A stretch of DNA of 64,000 nucleotides from a virus (IMGVR_UViG_3300035698_008372:1-64000), one strand, 5' to 3'. Shown: positions 12,218-23,496, counted from the stretch's first letter. A program made the numbers and translations. The notes: generated by a model not told the origin, from the letters alone.

Positions 12218-12990
12218 TGAGTGACGCGTTACGGAATTATATTAGGGAATTAGTAGAAGCTGAGTTGGCCGAGGCCAATGCGACTGGTAACATTGATGGT
12301 GGTGAAGGTCCTCCTAAGACTCCCAATGCATTCAGAAACAAAAAAAATGGTAAGGTTGAAAAATCCGGCAGAGCAAAGGGTCATAAAGACCCAGCGGTAG
12401 GTGAATACACAAAAGCTGATGTCAGCAACAAATATATTAAAAAAATGTATGAAACTATGGTAGCACATAGGGTGTCATTGAATGAAAAACTGGGTATCGA
12501 AGCAAGAGAACTTCAGATTTTTATTGATAATGACCAAGCATTGTATAAACAGCGGTTTATTCCAATTTTGAAGAATTTATCTAAGAAAAAGAAATCTGGT
12601 AAATTTGACGCCGCTTTGGCTCCAAAATTATTTATGTATTTGGTTGACGATGGTGCAAAACGATATGTCAAAGAGTATGGCGGTAATGTACGTGATGTGT
12701 TCCCTAAAAAGGAACGTATGGAATTGGCTAAAGAATATGCTGCAGATTTTGAAGAAGCATTTGAAAATAAAGAATATGATTTTATGAATGAAGATATGGC
12801 TCCAAATAAGGTGGATCAGGCTGAGAATGATTGGGGCAAACTCAAACACGCTCACTGACTGATAAGTTCGGTGGCCAGTGACGCCGGTGGTTATTCACAA
12901 TCTTCCAGTTCAAAAATCTCAGTAATATCCAAGGGATTGGACGGGGTAATGAAATATTTTAAAAAAGATACTGGTATAAAGGGGAAATAA
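12217..12990 (+). CDS. Putative head core/internal protein, 1 in-frame TGA (12856)
   Basis: LRNYIRELVEAELAE leader variant; read-through ends at TAA 12990, 1 nt before the protease ATG. Confidence 0.7.
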
Positions 12991-12991
12991 T

Positions 12992-13597
12992 ATGATAACT
13001 AGACAGCTAATTGTGGATTATTTGTTATTTGATGTTTCACCGCAACAAATTACGGAATCTATTAAACAGAATGGCAAGGTAATTGTACAGGGTGTATTAC
13101 AACGTGCAAATTCCGAAAATCAAAATGGTAGGGTTTACCCACGCAAGATTTTAATGAGAGAAGCGGAAAAATATTCCGAAAATTTCATTAAACAGAAAAG
13201 AGCGATGGGTGAATTGGATCACCCCGATAGTTCAGTAGTAAACCTACAGAACGTATCTCATAATATTGTGGAAACACATTGGGAAGGTGACAATTTAATT
13301 GGAACCATCGAAGTATTGGGTACTCCTTCTGGAAATATTCTAAAGGAATTATTTAAAGCTGGCATAAAATTGGGTATTTCATCCAGAGGTTTAGGTTCGG
13401 TTCAACAATCTGAAGCTGCTGGTGGTGCACAAGAAGTCCAAGATGATTTCGAATTGATTGCATTCGATTTTGTTTCAAATCCGAGTACACATGGTGCATT
13501 TATGTACCCAGTGAATGAATCGGTTGATCCATCTGCCAGAACGTGTGGAAAATGGTGTAAAGTAGAATCAATCATTAATGATATTATTAGAGGATAA
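12992..13597 (+). CDS. Prohead maturation protease (gp21-like)
   Basis: NQNGRVYP, GELDHP, VSH, GISSRGLGS, FDFVSNPS. Confidence 0.93.
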   Translation: MITRQLIVDYLLFDVSPQQITESIKQNGKVIVQGVLQRANSENQNGRVYPRKILMREAEKYSENFIKQKRAMGELDHPDSSVVNLQNVSHNIVETHWEGDNLIGTIEVLGTPSGNILKELFKAGIKLGISSRGLGSVQQSEAAGGAQEVQDDFELIAFDFVSNPSTHGAFMYPVNESVDPSARTCGKWCKVESIINDIIRG

Positions 13598-13600
13598 ATA

Positions 13601-13825
13601 ATGAAAAAATCTGAATTACGTCAAATCATTAAAGAAGAGCTTTTGAAAGAAGAAGAAGGTGACCTCGGCCGTGACATTGATAGGGTTGTCCAGATGGCAA
13701 AGGATAAATTTAGCGATTGGGAATCCGATAAAGAAATCAACAAATTGACAATGAAAAATTTACAAAGGCTTGCCGATTTCTTCGGCAAAGACGCTAAAAA
13801 ACTATTGGCTAAGGAGGGCAAATAA
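13601..13825 (+). CDS. MKKSELRQ-leader protein
   Basis: MKKSELRQIIKEELLKE. Confidence 0.7.
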   Translation: MKKSELRQIIKEELLKEEEGDLGRDIDRVVQMAKDKFSDWESDKEINKLTMKNLQRLADFFGKDAKKLLAKEGK

Positions 13826-14157
13826 TGAAAAGAACGAATTTAAAGGATTTAATTAGTGAACATGCATTCGATCGCAAGTTCGGAGAACCAAGTCCAACAC
13901 TGGAAGATACAATGAATTCCCATGGTAGAAAATCTATCAATGAAGCTGACATTAAGATGTCAAAACATTGGGAAGAGGTGGTTGCCGAAAAACAGGAAGA
14001 ACTAGAGGATTTATTCGGTGATTTGGAAGTATTGTTAAATGACAATTCACATGAAGATTGGTTCAATTCCGCATTTAAACATTTTGACAATGCCACTACA
14101 GCTATAGAATCGGCGATGAAGAAATTAAAGTCCATAAGTAAGAAAATTAAGGAGTAA
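13825..14157 (+). CDS. Putative internal head protein
   Basis: LKDLISE and INE motifs; translationally coupled. Confidence 0.6.
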   Translation: MKRTNLKDLISEHAFDRKFGEPSPTLEDTMNSHGRKSINEADIKMSKHWEEVVAEKQEELEDLFGDLEVLLNDNSHEDWFNSAFKHFDNATTAIESAMKKLKSISKKIKE

Positions 14158-14159
14158 TC

Positions 14160-14951
14160 ATGGGTAATGAGAAAATATTATACGAATCAATAGGTAATAA
14201 TTGGAAATCATTTCTAAATGAAGCGGCCAAATATGCCGATTTATATGGAGATGGTGTTGCAATTGGTACATCCGAATATGGTATCTATGCAATTGAAATG
14301 AATACTAAGCGTGGTCATTTTTCAATGACCGATTCCACTTATGAGGTGATTACTCAAGAGGGTATCAAGGAAATGGAACGTGATACTATTGAATATGAAG
14401 CTGATTATTATTGGGATGAAGTATTTGCACAGGGTGAAAATATTGAAAGTAATTATTCTGGAGAAGAATGGGGAGACATACCAAAGGGTGAACAGAAACA
14501 TTTAATAGAAACCATGATTGATATTGTAGTGGATAGTAAAATGGACAGTATGCGTGGTGAATTTGATTATGAATTCAACGGAAAATCTGAAGAATTCCAT
14601 CTGGATATGGTAGGCGGCGGACAGGGAGGAATGGATGATCTCGATAAACCCATTATCCCCAAAAAGGATGCACAAGTACTTAAAATGGCTTGGGACAAAC
14701 TACACCTTGGAAAAGAAAAAGATTTTGATAGCGGTGAACTGGCTCTTATGAAAAAGGCTATAGACATTTATGAAAAACTTAAAAAGAATGACCAGAAATT
14801 ACTAGAAAAATCACTTCAATTGTGGTGGATTGGTAACAAGGGCAAGGGTGGCAAGGCCATTGAAAAGATGATGAAAAAGAACGGTTATAAAACGGGAAAA
14901 TTGAAACCTGGTGAATTGAAAAAAATCAAAAAAACCCCAATGGGTTTCTAA
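14160..14951 (+). CDS. Putative internal head protein
   Basis: NNWKSFLNE leader; AAGGAG SD. Confidence 0.6.
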   Translation: MGNEKILYESIGNNWKSFLNEAAKYADLYGDGVAIGTSEYGIYAIEMNTKRGHFSMTDSTYEVITQEGIKEMERDTIEYEADYYWDEVFAQGENIESNYSGEEWGDIPKGEQKHLIETMIDIVVDSKMDSMRGEFDYEFNGKSEEFHLDMVGGGQGGMDDLDKPIIPKKDAQVLKMAWDKLHLGKEKDFDSGELALMKKAIDIYEKLKKNDQKLLEKSLQLWWIGNKGKGGKAIEKMMKKNGYKTGKLKPGELKKIKKTPMGF

Positions 14952-14970
14952 GAAATATAAGGGAGAACCA

Positions 14971-15687
14971 ATGCCAGCAGTCAGCAAAGCACAGCAATCG
15001 TTTATGAACGCTGTAGCAAAATACAAAAAGGGTGAACTACCAGACGCGTCTCAAGAAATTAAAGATGCGGCAGAGGGTATGACATCTGGTGAAGTTGATG
15101 ATTTTGTGGACACTGACACCGAAGACCTGCCGGATACAGTAGAAGAAGCTGAAAAAAAGAGAGATTACGCTAAAGAATATCAGGCTAGAAAACCTTATTA
15201 TTACAAAAAATTTCAAGCATCCGATAAGGCAAAGAAATACAGAGCCGAATTGAATAAGTACAACCGAGATCATGGTACATACGGAAATGGCGACGGAAAA
15301 GACGCTTCACATAAGGGTGGCAAAATAGTTGGCTTTGAAGATCAATCAAAAAACCGCAGTCGCAAGGAGAAAAGCAGATTGAAAAAGGAATCATTGGAAA
15401 TTCGGATAATCAGAAAAATTATTAGAGCCGAATTATTGGAAGCAATGAAACCATCCGAAGCGTATGGGTACACCAAAGATGGGGTGGTGATGTACAAAGG
15501 TTCCAAAAAGAATGTAACCAAAAAAGTAAAAGAGGCTATGAAAAAAAGCCCCGAATCTAAATTTAGTATATTTATGAGTGCCAAGGTTAAGGTCGGCGAT
15601 AAATATTCGGTAAAAAACGAAATAGACTTGCCAGCAAACTTACATCCAAGACCACATCAACAGGGCGTGGTTGGTGATATGTCATAG
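14971..15687 (+). CDS. Multidomain protein: DUF3008-like N-terminus plus degenerate HNH-like segment
   Basis: MPAVSKAQQSFM...; KRDYAKEY...GNGDGKDASHK...KNRSR. Confidence 0.55.
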   Translation: MPAVSKAQQSFMNAVAKYKKGELPDASQEIKDAAEGMTSGEVDDFVDTDTEDLPDTVEEAEKKRDYAKEYQARKPYYYKKFQASDKAKKYRAELNKYNRDHGTYGNGDGKDASHKGGKIVGFEDQSKNRSRKEKSRLKKESLEIRIIRKIIRAELLEAMKPSEAYGYTKDGVVMYKGSKKNVTKKVKEAMKKSPESKFSIFMSAKVKVGDKYSVKNEIDLPANLHPRPHQQGVVGDMS

Positions 15688-15693
15688 GAGACA

Positions 15694-15978
15694 ATGATGA
15701 AAAATAAAGACATGATGGAAATGAATAAAAAGTGGAGAGATTGGAGACTCGAGGAAAAAGTGGAAATTATAACTGAATCTTTGAATCCAAATAAAATTAT
15801 GGAAATATTTGGAGACGTTATTTATAGGAATGTGGATGACATTATTGAAGTGAGAAATAGTAACTCCAAGAAAAATCAATTGGAAATAATTGTTCAAACA
15901 TCCAAGGGTGATAAACTTGTGACATTGACAGCAAAAATAGAAGATGCACCAGCCGAAGACGTCCCTAGGGCGCATTAA
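15694..15978 (+). CDS. Hypothetical protein
   Basis: AGGAG SD; ORF track. Confidence 0.6.
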   Translation: MMKNKDMMEMNKKWRDWRLEEKVEIITESLNPNKIMEIFGDVIYRNVDDIIEVRNSNSKKNQLEIIVQTSKGDKLVTLTAKIEDAPAEDVPRAH

Positions 15979-15992
15979 ATAGGAGACCAATA

Positions 15993-17012
15993 ATGGCAAA
16001 GAAAAAACAAAAATTAGATGAACACATGTTATCAATAGTTGGCGGATTCGTCAATCCTACAAATAACTTCCGTTATCATAGTCTTGGTAAAATCGCTGAA
16101 GAATTTGCAACAGAAGAAGACCCAAAATATGACTTGAAAGAGTTTGTAAATGAGGTTGGAAATTTCAATGAAATGGGCAAGGTAATCTATCGTGAAAATG
16201 ATATTAGAGAAACCGCTCAGAAATTGGCTAAAATGTGTGAGATTGCAAAGCATCACGCTCTTAGTCAAGTTGATGAAGAATTTGATAAAATCACAATCAA
16301 TAAAAATATGAAAACTTTGGGGAACCATTCCAAGGAATTTAGTAAAATCGCTAATGAGGCTGCTGGGGTACAGCAAAGAATGGAATCACTATTTGAAGAT
16401 ATGGGTCATATTCTAGGCAGGTACTATGAAATTAAAGGTGGCGGTGATAGTGAAGAATCAGTCGATGGTGGCGATATCCGTAAAATTGGTAAAAAAATCA
16501 AAGAGAATGACGGTGAATATGAGAAATTTTTCAGGAGTGCAATGAAGAAATACGGAATCAGCTCACCTGATGAACTTGAAGATGATGAGAAAAAGAAATT
16601 CTACAATTACATAGATAAGAACTATCAAGCCAAAACCGAATCCAAATTGCAAGAAGGTAAATTTTCAATGGAAGACGATGAAGATGACGGTGATAAAGAA
16701 ATGGCAGTTCAAGATCATATTGAACGGAAATTAAAGCGTAAGAAAATAGGAGAATGGGAATTCTTTACGGATCAAATGTCTGGTGCATGGGAATGGGGCC
16801 GTGATGGTGATGATACTCTAATATACGCTACATTATTCTGGGATGGGGATAACACCGGATTGCCAATCAACGTGGTTGTTGACGGTGGTGATTATGATGA
16901 TAAATTCAAACCGAATTTTGTTAAATATAAGTCAAAGGGTGCGGATGCCGATTTGAAATGGTATATAAATACTATGAAAAAAATATTAAAGGACGCTAGC
17001 GCGAAATACTAA
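15993..17012 (+). CDS. Putative prohead core multidomain protein
   Basis: YEKFF..AMKKYGISSPDEL..DEKKKFYNYID segment resembles T4-like head core proteins; several L/I-x-E sites. Confidence 0.55.
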   Translation: MAKKKQKLDEHMLSIVGGFVNPTNNFRYHSLGKIAEEFATEEDPKYDLKEFVNEVGNFNEMGKVIYRENDIRETAQKLAKMCEIAKHHALSQVDEEFDKITINKNMKTLGNHSKEFSKIANEAAGVQQRMESLFEDMGHILGRYYEIKGGGDSEESVDGGDIRKIGKKIKENDGEYEKFFRSAMKKYGISSPDELEDDEKKKFYNYIDKNYQAKTESKLQEGKFSMEDDEDDGDKEMAVQDHIERKLKRKKIGEWEFFTDQMSGAWEWGRDGDDTLIYATLFWDGDNTGLPINVVVDGGDYDDKFKPNFVKYKSKGADADLKWYINTMKKILKDASAKY

Positions 17013-17014
17013 AA

Positions 17015-17752
17015 ATGACAATAGACGAACGAGCTGGAATTGGTGAACTGGTCAAGATTGATCGTAAATTTTATAAAGAATTTATGAAACGATTTGGTGT
17101 AACCAAACAAGTAATATCGAAACCTTTTAAAATATTAAAAAGGGACTCAAGTGTAATTAGTGTGAGGTCACTTGAAAATAACAAAAAGTATCAATTGCCG
17201 TTTGGAATATATTCATCAGCTACATTTGCAAATTATAAGAATAATCTAAAACAAGCATGGAGTGAAGATGTGGATACTAAGAAAAAACGAGTAACCGTAA
17301 AAGAAGTATTCAGGTGGTTCAAAGGACTTGAAGAAAATAAGTGGAGAAAGACATATCCAATCGACGCCCGCAGAATTTCATATTTTGTAAATAACAGTGG
17401 ATTGAATGAGGTGGATAGAGCAGAAATGCCCAAGTCACTAAAGAAAAAGAATCCTGACGCAACATACGTTCGTGAACAAAAGTTCGCAAAAAGATTTATG
17501 GAATATAAGGAAGAATCCAACAAACTTGAAGAATCGGTTCGCTCTGAAATTCGAAGTATATTGGCCGAAGATTTCAATGATGATCAGGTCGGGGAATATG
17601 TGAATAATGTGGCCGAATTGAAACAGGCCGCTGGTAATGTCAATATGGACAAAGTAGAAGAATATGCAAAAAAATACTATAGGTCAGTGATAGGAGCTAA
17701 TAAACATGGTTACATACAGCACTTGACTAAATTATTTAAAAAGCTAAAATAA
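17015..17752 (+). CDS. Hypothetical head-region protein
   Basis: ORF track; internal VRSEIRSILAE leader-like motif. Confidence 0.6.
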   Translation: MTIDERAGIGELVKIDRKFYKEFMKRFGVTKQVISKPFKILKRDSSVISVRSLENNKKYQLPFGIYSSATFANYKNNLKQAWSEDVDTKKKRVTVKEVFRWFKGLEENKWRKTYPIDARRISYFVNNSGLNEVDRAEMPKSLKKKNPDATYVREQKFAKRFMEYKEESNKLEESVRSEIRSILAEDFNDDQVGEYVNNVAELKQAAGNVNMDKVEEYAKKYYRSVIGANKHGYIQHLTKLFKKLK

Positions 17753-17780
17753 GAGAACATAAAAAACAAAAGAGGTTAAT

Positions 17781-17990
17781 ATGATTAGTGTAAAGGTCAT
17801 TGATGGAAACATCGAAAAAGCTCTTCAAATTATGAAGAGAAAAATTAAAGATACAAGGTTGTTCGTGGAACTAAGGGAAAACGAAGAATATAAGAAACCA
17901 TCCCAGCGCCGTAGAGAGCAAAAAGCTAGGGGAAAAATCAGAGAAAAATATCGTATACTGGAGAGACAAAATGGAGAACCACAAAGATAG
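17781..17990 (+). CDS. rpsU: Ribosomal protein bS21 homolog
   Basis: VKVIDGNIEKAL..MKRK.....ELRENEEYKKPSQRRR pattern, 69 aa. Confidence 0.85.
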   Translation: MISVKVIDGNIEKALQIMKRKIKDTRLFVELRENEEYKKPSQRRREQKARGKIREKYRILERQNGEPQR

Positions 17991-18213
17991 AGCAATAAAA
18001 TTTTCAGCATTACTTGAGGCGGATTTGCCATTCAGTGACGATGAAATTATGGAAATAATCAGGGAAGAGATCAATGAGGCCAATTATAAGGGTCTGGTGG
18101 ATCAATCCAAAAAGATTATGAAAAAGTTAAAAGACGCCAAGCTGTCCCCAGAGGATGTTAAGAAATTAACATTAGCACTGAGGCAGATTCAGGCGGTGTT
18201 AGATTACGCGTAA
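17971..18213 (+). CDS. Hypothetical protein with internal IIREEINE motif
   Basis: ORF track; GGAG SD. Confidence 0.6.
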   Translation: MENHKDRAIKFSALLEADLPFSDDEIMEIIREEINEANYKGLVDQSKKIMKKLKDAKLSPEDVKKLTLALRQIQAVLDYA

Positions 18214-18240
18214 AGCATAAACAAATAAAGGGAAAATAAC

Positions 18241-18423
18241 ATGGAAAAGACAATAGAAAAATACGAACAAATTAAGAAACTTTTTAAGACATTTGAAGAT
18301 AACCACAAGCTCTTTGAAGAAAAGGGTAATAAAGCGGCTGGCAGTAGAGCCAGAAAAGCTATTGGTGAAATCAAAAAACTTGTAACTGAATACCGAAAGG
18401 TGTCGGTCGAAGATTCCAAATAG
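18241..18423 (+). CDS. Histone H1-like (Hc1 family) small protein
   Basis: EKGNKAAGSRARKA..EI.KL..EYRK.S motif. Confidence 0.75.
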   Translation: MEKTIEKYEQIKKLFKTFEDNHKLFEEKGNKAAGSRARKAIGEIKKLVTEYRKVSVEDSK

Positions 18424-18432
18424 GAGATAACA

Positions 18433-18960
18433 ATGGAGAAATCAGAACTGCGTCAATTAATCCGTGAAGAAATCAAGCGGGTCATGATAAAAGAAGATTA
18501 CGCCGATGATCTAGCCAAAAAGTTGGTTAAGTCGAAAAAGGTTAAATCTGGCATGAATGAAAAGGATAAACTATCCGCCGCTGGTGCTCAAATGAAAAAA
18601 GATTTGGGTGACAAGCGGGCTAAAAATTGGTGGACTACATATCCCGATTTTGCAGCCGATTTCCTAAGTGCCGTGTCCAGCAATCTATCAGAATCGAGCG
18701 TTAATGAAAGTGAATATAAACTTGATGGTAAATTAATTAAGCGATTGAAAATGCCCATTTTACAAACATGAGACTATATTGGTAGTGATGCGATGGAATT
18801 GGGTGTTAGTGATAATGGAGATGCCATAGAATTGACAATTGATGCTTCAAGATTGGCCCAACAAGATAAGGAAGCCGATCAAATAATTCAGGACATTGTG
18901 GCTAAATTCGGGTATAAGAAAGTATTAAAATTTTTAAGCAAAAATATACGAGCATATTAA
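18433..18960 (+). CDS. MKKSELRQ-leader protein, 1 in-frame TGA (18769)
   Basis: MEKSELRQLIREEI; read-through to TAA 18960, 1 nt before the next ATG. Confidence 0.7.
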
Positions 18961-18961
18961 T

Positions 18962-19738
18962 ATGAAAAAATCAGAATTAAGACAAATCATCAGAGAAGAA
19001 ATTCAAGTCATAATGGAACGTGATGTGGCTTATGATTTGACAAAAATCATTAGAAGCCGACCAGACGCATCCACAAAGAAAAAATTGGCAAAAATATGAT
19101 CGTCAATGGATAAGAAATCCACAGAATATGGTCATGTTGAAAAGGCTTTATCCGCTTGGGGCGATCCCTATAGTGGTGGTGAGACTTGGCAATCACATGT
19201 TGAAAAAGCAATAGGTGCATTGAATGAAGATAAAAAATCCGACTTTCTGGCACAGGCATTTGCCAAACAGAATAAAGAGGGCAAACTGGTAGTAGTTCAG
19301 GGTGGTAAGTTCGGTAAAAAGAATTTCAAAAAGGGTCAAAAATTAAACATATTAGGCAGAACATCAAAAGCCTTGCATCCATCACAACAGGGTCTGGTAG
19401 TACAGAATCCTAGTGGTAGGGGTGAATTTGTAGTATATGACCACTTCCTCAAAGACGAATCTATATTCAAAATTGTAAAAGAGAAAATGAATATGGGTGT
19501 AGTCAGGGCCAAACGGGCAACTGAATTGGATGAAGGGGTTGGAGTTACACTTAGTAACAATAGTGCCGATAGAAGAGATGCATTGGCCATCCTAAAAGAC
19601 GAATTTAAGGGTGTAAAATATAAGATTAAGGGTAGTGATTATATAGTGTTCAAAAACGATAAGGACGCTGAAAGATTTTTCGATCTGTGCCAACAAGATT
19701 ATACCGAATTGGCCGGCGCGAACAAAGAGAAATATTAA
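18962..19738 (+). CDS. MKKSELRQ-leader multidomain protein, 1 in-frame TGA (19097)
   Basis: Leader at 18962 is in frame with track ORF 19106..19738. Confidence 0.7.
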
Positions 19739-20493
19739 TGAAAAAATCAGAACTACGTCAAATGATCAGGGAAGAAATAGAGCTTACTATCAATGAGGGG
19801 GCATTTGCCAAGTTTAAGGACATGATAGAAAAGGCCGTTGAAATGCACACCATAGAAAAGTATATCAAAGCTAATGCGGTCAAAATGTTCAAAGGTATCC
19901 CAAATGGTAGTGGATTTGAAGAGCTCAAAAAGGCCATTTTATTTTATGCAAAAGCGTACGAAAATGGTATGAGTGGACGGACCAAATCCAATCGGTTCTA
20001 TGGAATTCAACAGGTATTCCAAAAAAATCCAAAGGTTGAAAAATGATTCTTCCCAGGACTTAGGCGCGGTAAAATAACCCGTGAATATTTAAGACAATTT
20101 GTGGTAGCTTTTGCAAAAGATTACAAAGGGGTAACCGAATCAATCAAATTGAATGAATCAAATGAGGTTGTCAATTCCATGAAACCCGATGTTGATGAAT
20201 TGGTAAAATTATTGTCTGCAAAATACAAGCGAGCAGACGTGGGACTTGTCAGGATTAAAGAATGGGCGCCAACCCAAACCGCATTTGAAATAAAAATTTA
20301 TGATAAAGAATTGTTCAATCATCTAACTGTATGGGTGTGGGGTAAGGAACAGGACTCTGCCAGAATATCAATAGAGGTGGCAGGAAGCAACGAACACAGC
20401 TTCAAACGGGGTGTTAGACCGACAGTGAAACAAATGTACAAAGCGATATTAAAGTCATATAGGGGACATAGAAACCCTCCAATTGTAAAATAA
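19738..20493 (+). CDS. MKKSELRQ-leader multidomain protein, 1 in-frame TGA (20044)
   Basis: TAATG coupling; joins track ORF 20101..20493 in frame. Confidence 0.7.
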
Positions 20494-20708
20494 TAGGTAA
20501 AGCCTATAATATACGACAAAATATTAAGAAAAACAACAAAAAAATTAAAATAATTGGGTATTTTAGCGACTTTTCATAAATTACCTGATATTTATATATA
20601 AATGCAGTATGGGCGAACCCGCCATCATATACCGCAATCAAAAACAAACAAAATTAGAGTTCCTAATAACTTTAGTAAATCCACAATTGTAAAAATTGGA
20701 GAAATTAA

Positions 20709-21869
20709 ATGGATGATCTTTTAAAGAGTGCTATTGCAGACGCAAAAGCAGTAAGGGAAACCGCACTAGCAAACGCACGCATAGCTCTAGAAGAGGCATT
20801 TCAACCACGTATTCAATCAATGTTAGCCAAGAAAATTCAGGCTGAGGTTGATGACTTTGAGGACGGAGATGAATTCGAAGCTGATGAAGAAGAAGATTTT
20901 GATAACGAGGAATCGTTTGATGATGAAGATGAAGTCGCAGTAGACGCCGAAGAAGGCGAAGAAGAAATCGAAGACATTGAAGTAAGTGATGATTTTGAAG
21001 ACGACGAGGAAGAATTCGACGACGAAGAAGCACCAGAACTTGAAGATGATGAAATGGAAGAATCAGAAGATTTCGACGCTGACGATGAGTTTGGCGATTC
21101 CGATCCTGAAGAGGACGAGGACGAGCTAGATTTGGAAGCGGTTATTCGCGAACTTGAATCTGAAATAGACGATGAATACGAAGATGAAGAAGAAATGGAC
21201 ACGGACTACGAGGACGAGGAAGAAGACCTTGAGGAAAATGACGTATCTTCAGATATCGGTAAATCTGACAACAAACAACCTGGTAAAGCAAATCAAACTT
21301 CAGGTATCGGTACAGCTGGTAAAGCTAAACTGAAAGAGGAAGATGAATTTGAGGATGAGGAAGAAGAAGAATATGAGGACGATATGGACGAAGATATTGA
21401 CTTACAGGAACTTCTAAATCAACTTACTGAGGATGATGATGAAGATGAAGATGACGCCGAGGAACAGTTGGAATCCTTACAAGCTGAGCTTACCGAGCAT
21501 CGCGAAGTGGTGAAATACTTACGTGACAAATTAAATGAAGTTAACCTGCTTAACGCAAAATTACTTTATACAAACAAACTGTTCCGTTCCTTTGAACTGG
21601 ACAATGGTAAGAAATTTAAAGTGGTCGAGACTTTCGACAGGGCAAAGAATATTCGTGAGGTCAAGTTGGTTTATTCAACTTTGGCAGAATCATTTGGCAG
21701 TCGTGTCACTAAGAAGTCAAAACCAAAACTCGAGGAAAATAAACGTCAGGGCAAAAGACGCAGTTCAAGCTCCAAGCCTATCCGTTCTACCAAACCTAAG
21801 ACAAATAACATCTTGTCAGAAGGTCAGGAAGTCCGTGAGCGTTTTCAAAAACTCGCAAACATTAAATAG
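20709..21869 (+). CDS. Prohead scaffolding protein (highly acidic)
   Basis: Immediately upstream of the major capsid gene; long D/E tract flanked by helical ends. Confidence 0.8.
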   Translation: MDDLLKSAIADAKAVRETALANARIALEEAFQPRIQSMLAKKIQAEVDDFEDGDEFEADEEEDFDNEESFDDEDEVAVDAEEGEEEIEDIEVSDDFEDDEEEFDDEEAPELEDDEMEESEDFDADDEFGDSDPEEDEDELDLEAVIRELESEIDDEYEDEEEMDTDYEDEEEDLEENDVSSDIGKSDNKQPGKANQTSGIGTAGKAKLKEEDEFEDEEEEEYEDDMDEDIDLQELLNQLTEDDDEDEDDAEEQLESLQAELTEHREVVKYLRDKLNEVNLLNAKLLYTNKLFRSFELDNGKKFKVVETFDRAKNIREVKLVYSTLAESFGSRVTKKSKPKLEENKRQGKRRSSSSKPIRSTKPKTNNILSEGQEVRERFQKLANIK

Positions 21870-21879
21870 GAGAATTTAA

Positions 21880-23496
21880 ATGAGTAAAAGCCTACAAACA
21901 ATCGAAAAACTAATGGGTGGCTATTCTCCAGTTCGTAAGAGATTAGAGGAGTCTAAGGCTCTTGTAGCAAAGTGGGAACCCACTGGACTACTTGAAGGTC
22001 TTAGTACAGAACATGATGTAAACAATATGGCAGTGTTGCTTGAAAACCAAGCACGTCAGCTTATTGATGAATCATCTAAAACTGGAACCGCCTCCAACTC
22101 TGAAGAATGGAGCGGCGTAGCCCTTCCACTAGTTCGTAGAATATTTGGTGAATTAGCTGCACAGGAATTCGTTTCTGTACAACCTATGAACCTGCCTTCA
22201 GGACTTATTTTCTATCTAGATTTTAAGTATTCTACAGCACAACCAGGATTCGATTCAGGGTCCGACATTTATGGTAACACAAGTTCATCTGGCGATGCAA
22301 CTGGTGGTCTTTACGGCGCAGGTCGTTTTGGATATACCTCAAATGATGTATCAGTAGCATCAACTTCCTTCGTAACCGCATCCGTGGTTTGGGGTGATGT
22401 TGATTTCGAAGCAGACTTGTCTGCATCAGTCGCTGCTGGAACACTTCTTAAAATTACCATTCCAAAGGCACAGGCAGCTGCTGCTGATTGGGACGCTGTA
22501 CGTTCATTCGTAATTAGTGGTTCTGGTACTTCAGAAGTAACAACACTGTATCCCGCTTACAGTAAAATAAGTGGTACAAACGCTATCTTTATTATTGATC
22601 CCGCGCTCGCACCTTCTGGTAGTGGAACTCAATTCACAATCAAATATAGCAAACAACCTACTGACATCACTCGCGGTGATTTCGAACAGACCAGTTTCAC
22701 GACTCCTGCTCCTAATTCAGCTGATGATATCGGTATCCCTGAGATCGACATTCAGATGCGTTCGATTCCGATCGTCGCAAAGACCAGAAAGTTAAAAGCT
22801 ATCTGGACACCTGAACTAGCTCAGGATTTAAACGCATATCATAGCGTTGATGCAGAAGCAGAATTAACTGCTATGTTGTCTGAATATGTAACAATGGAAA
22901 TTGACTTGGAAATTCTTGACATGTTGCGTGCAAACGCTTCTGCTAGGACTGAGTACTGGTCAGCAAAGATTGCTAACGAATATAACGCTTCCACAGGTTT
23001 ATTCGAAGAGACATCTGCTAACGCTTCTGCTTATGTTAAGGGAACGTGGTATCAGACTTTGGGTAATAAAATCCAAAGAGTTTCTGCAGCAATTCACCAA
23101 AAAACCCTCCGTGGTGGTGCAAACTTCCTAGTTGTTTCTCCGGAAACTGCTACGATTATCGAAAGTATTCCGGGTTATGCCGCTGATACTACCGGTGATG
23201 CATCTATCACTTCATTCGCTATGGGTGTTCAGAAGGTTGGTATGTTGAATAACAGGTTCACTGTTTACAAGAACCCTTACATGCACGAAAACGTCATTCT
23301 TGTCGGTTTCCGTGGAAGTAATTTCTTGGAAACTGGTGCTGTTTATGCTCCATACGTTCCACTGATCATGACACCACTAGTGTATGATCCAGTAAATTTC
23401 ACCCCGCGTAAGGGTGTCATGACGCGTTATGCGAAGAAAATGGTCCGGCCCGAATTTTATGGCACGATTGTTGTCGCTGACACGAATTTGGTCTAG
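21880..23496 (+). CDS. Major capsid protein (gp23-like)
   Basis: LLENQ, VSVQPMNLPSGLIF, TRKLKA.WTPELAQDL.A.H..DAEAEL, YAPYVPL, FTPRKGVMTRY. Confidence 0.97.
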   Translation: MSKSLQTIEKLMGGYSPVRKRLEESKALVAKWEPTGLLEGLSTEHDVNNMAVLLENQARQLIDESSKTGTASNSEEWSGVALPLVRRIFGELAAQEFVSVQPMNLPSGLIFYLDFKYSTAQPGFDSGSDIYGNTSSSGDATGGLYGAGRFGYTSNDVSVASTSFVTASVVWGDVDFEADLSASVAAGTLLKITIPKAQAAAADWDAVRSFVISGSGTSEVTTLYPAYSKISGTNAIFIIDPALAPSGSGTQFTIKYSKQPTDITRGDFEQTSFTTPAPNSADDIGIPEIDIQMRSIPIVAKTRKLKAIWTPELAQDLNAYHSVDAEAELTAMLSEYVTMEIDLEILDMLRANASARTEYWSAKIANEYNASTGLFEETSANASAYVKGTWYQTLGNKIQRVSAAIHQKTLRGGANFLVVSPETATIIESIPGYAADTTGDASITSFAMGVQKVGMLNNRFTVYKNPYMHENVILVGFRGSNFLETGAVYAPYVPLIMTPLVYDPVNFTPRKGVMTRYAKKMVRPEFYGTIVVADTNLV

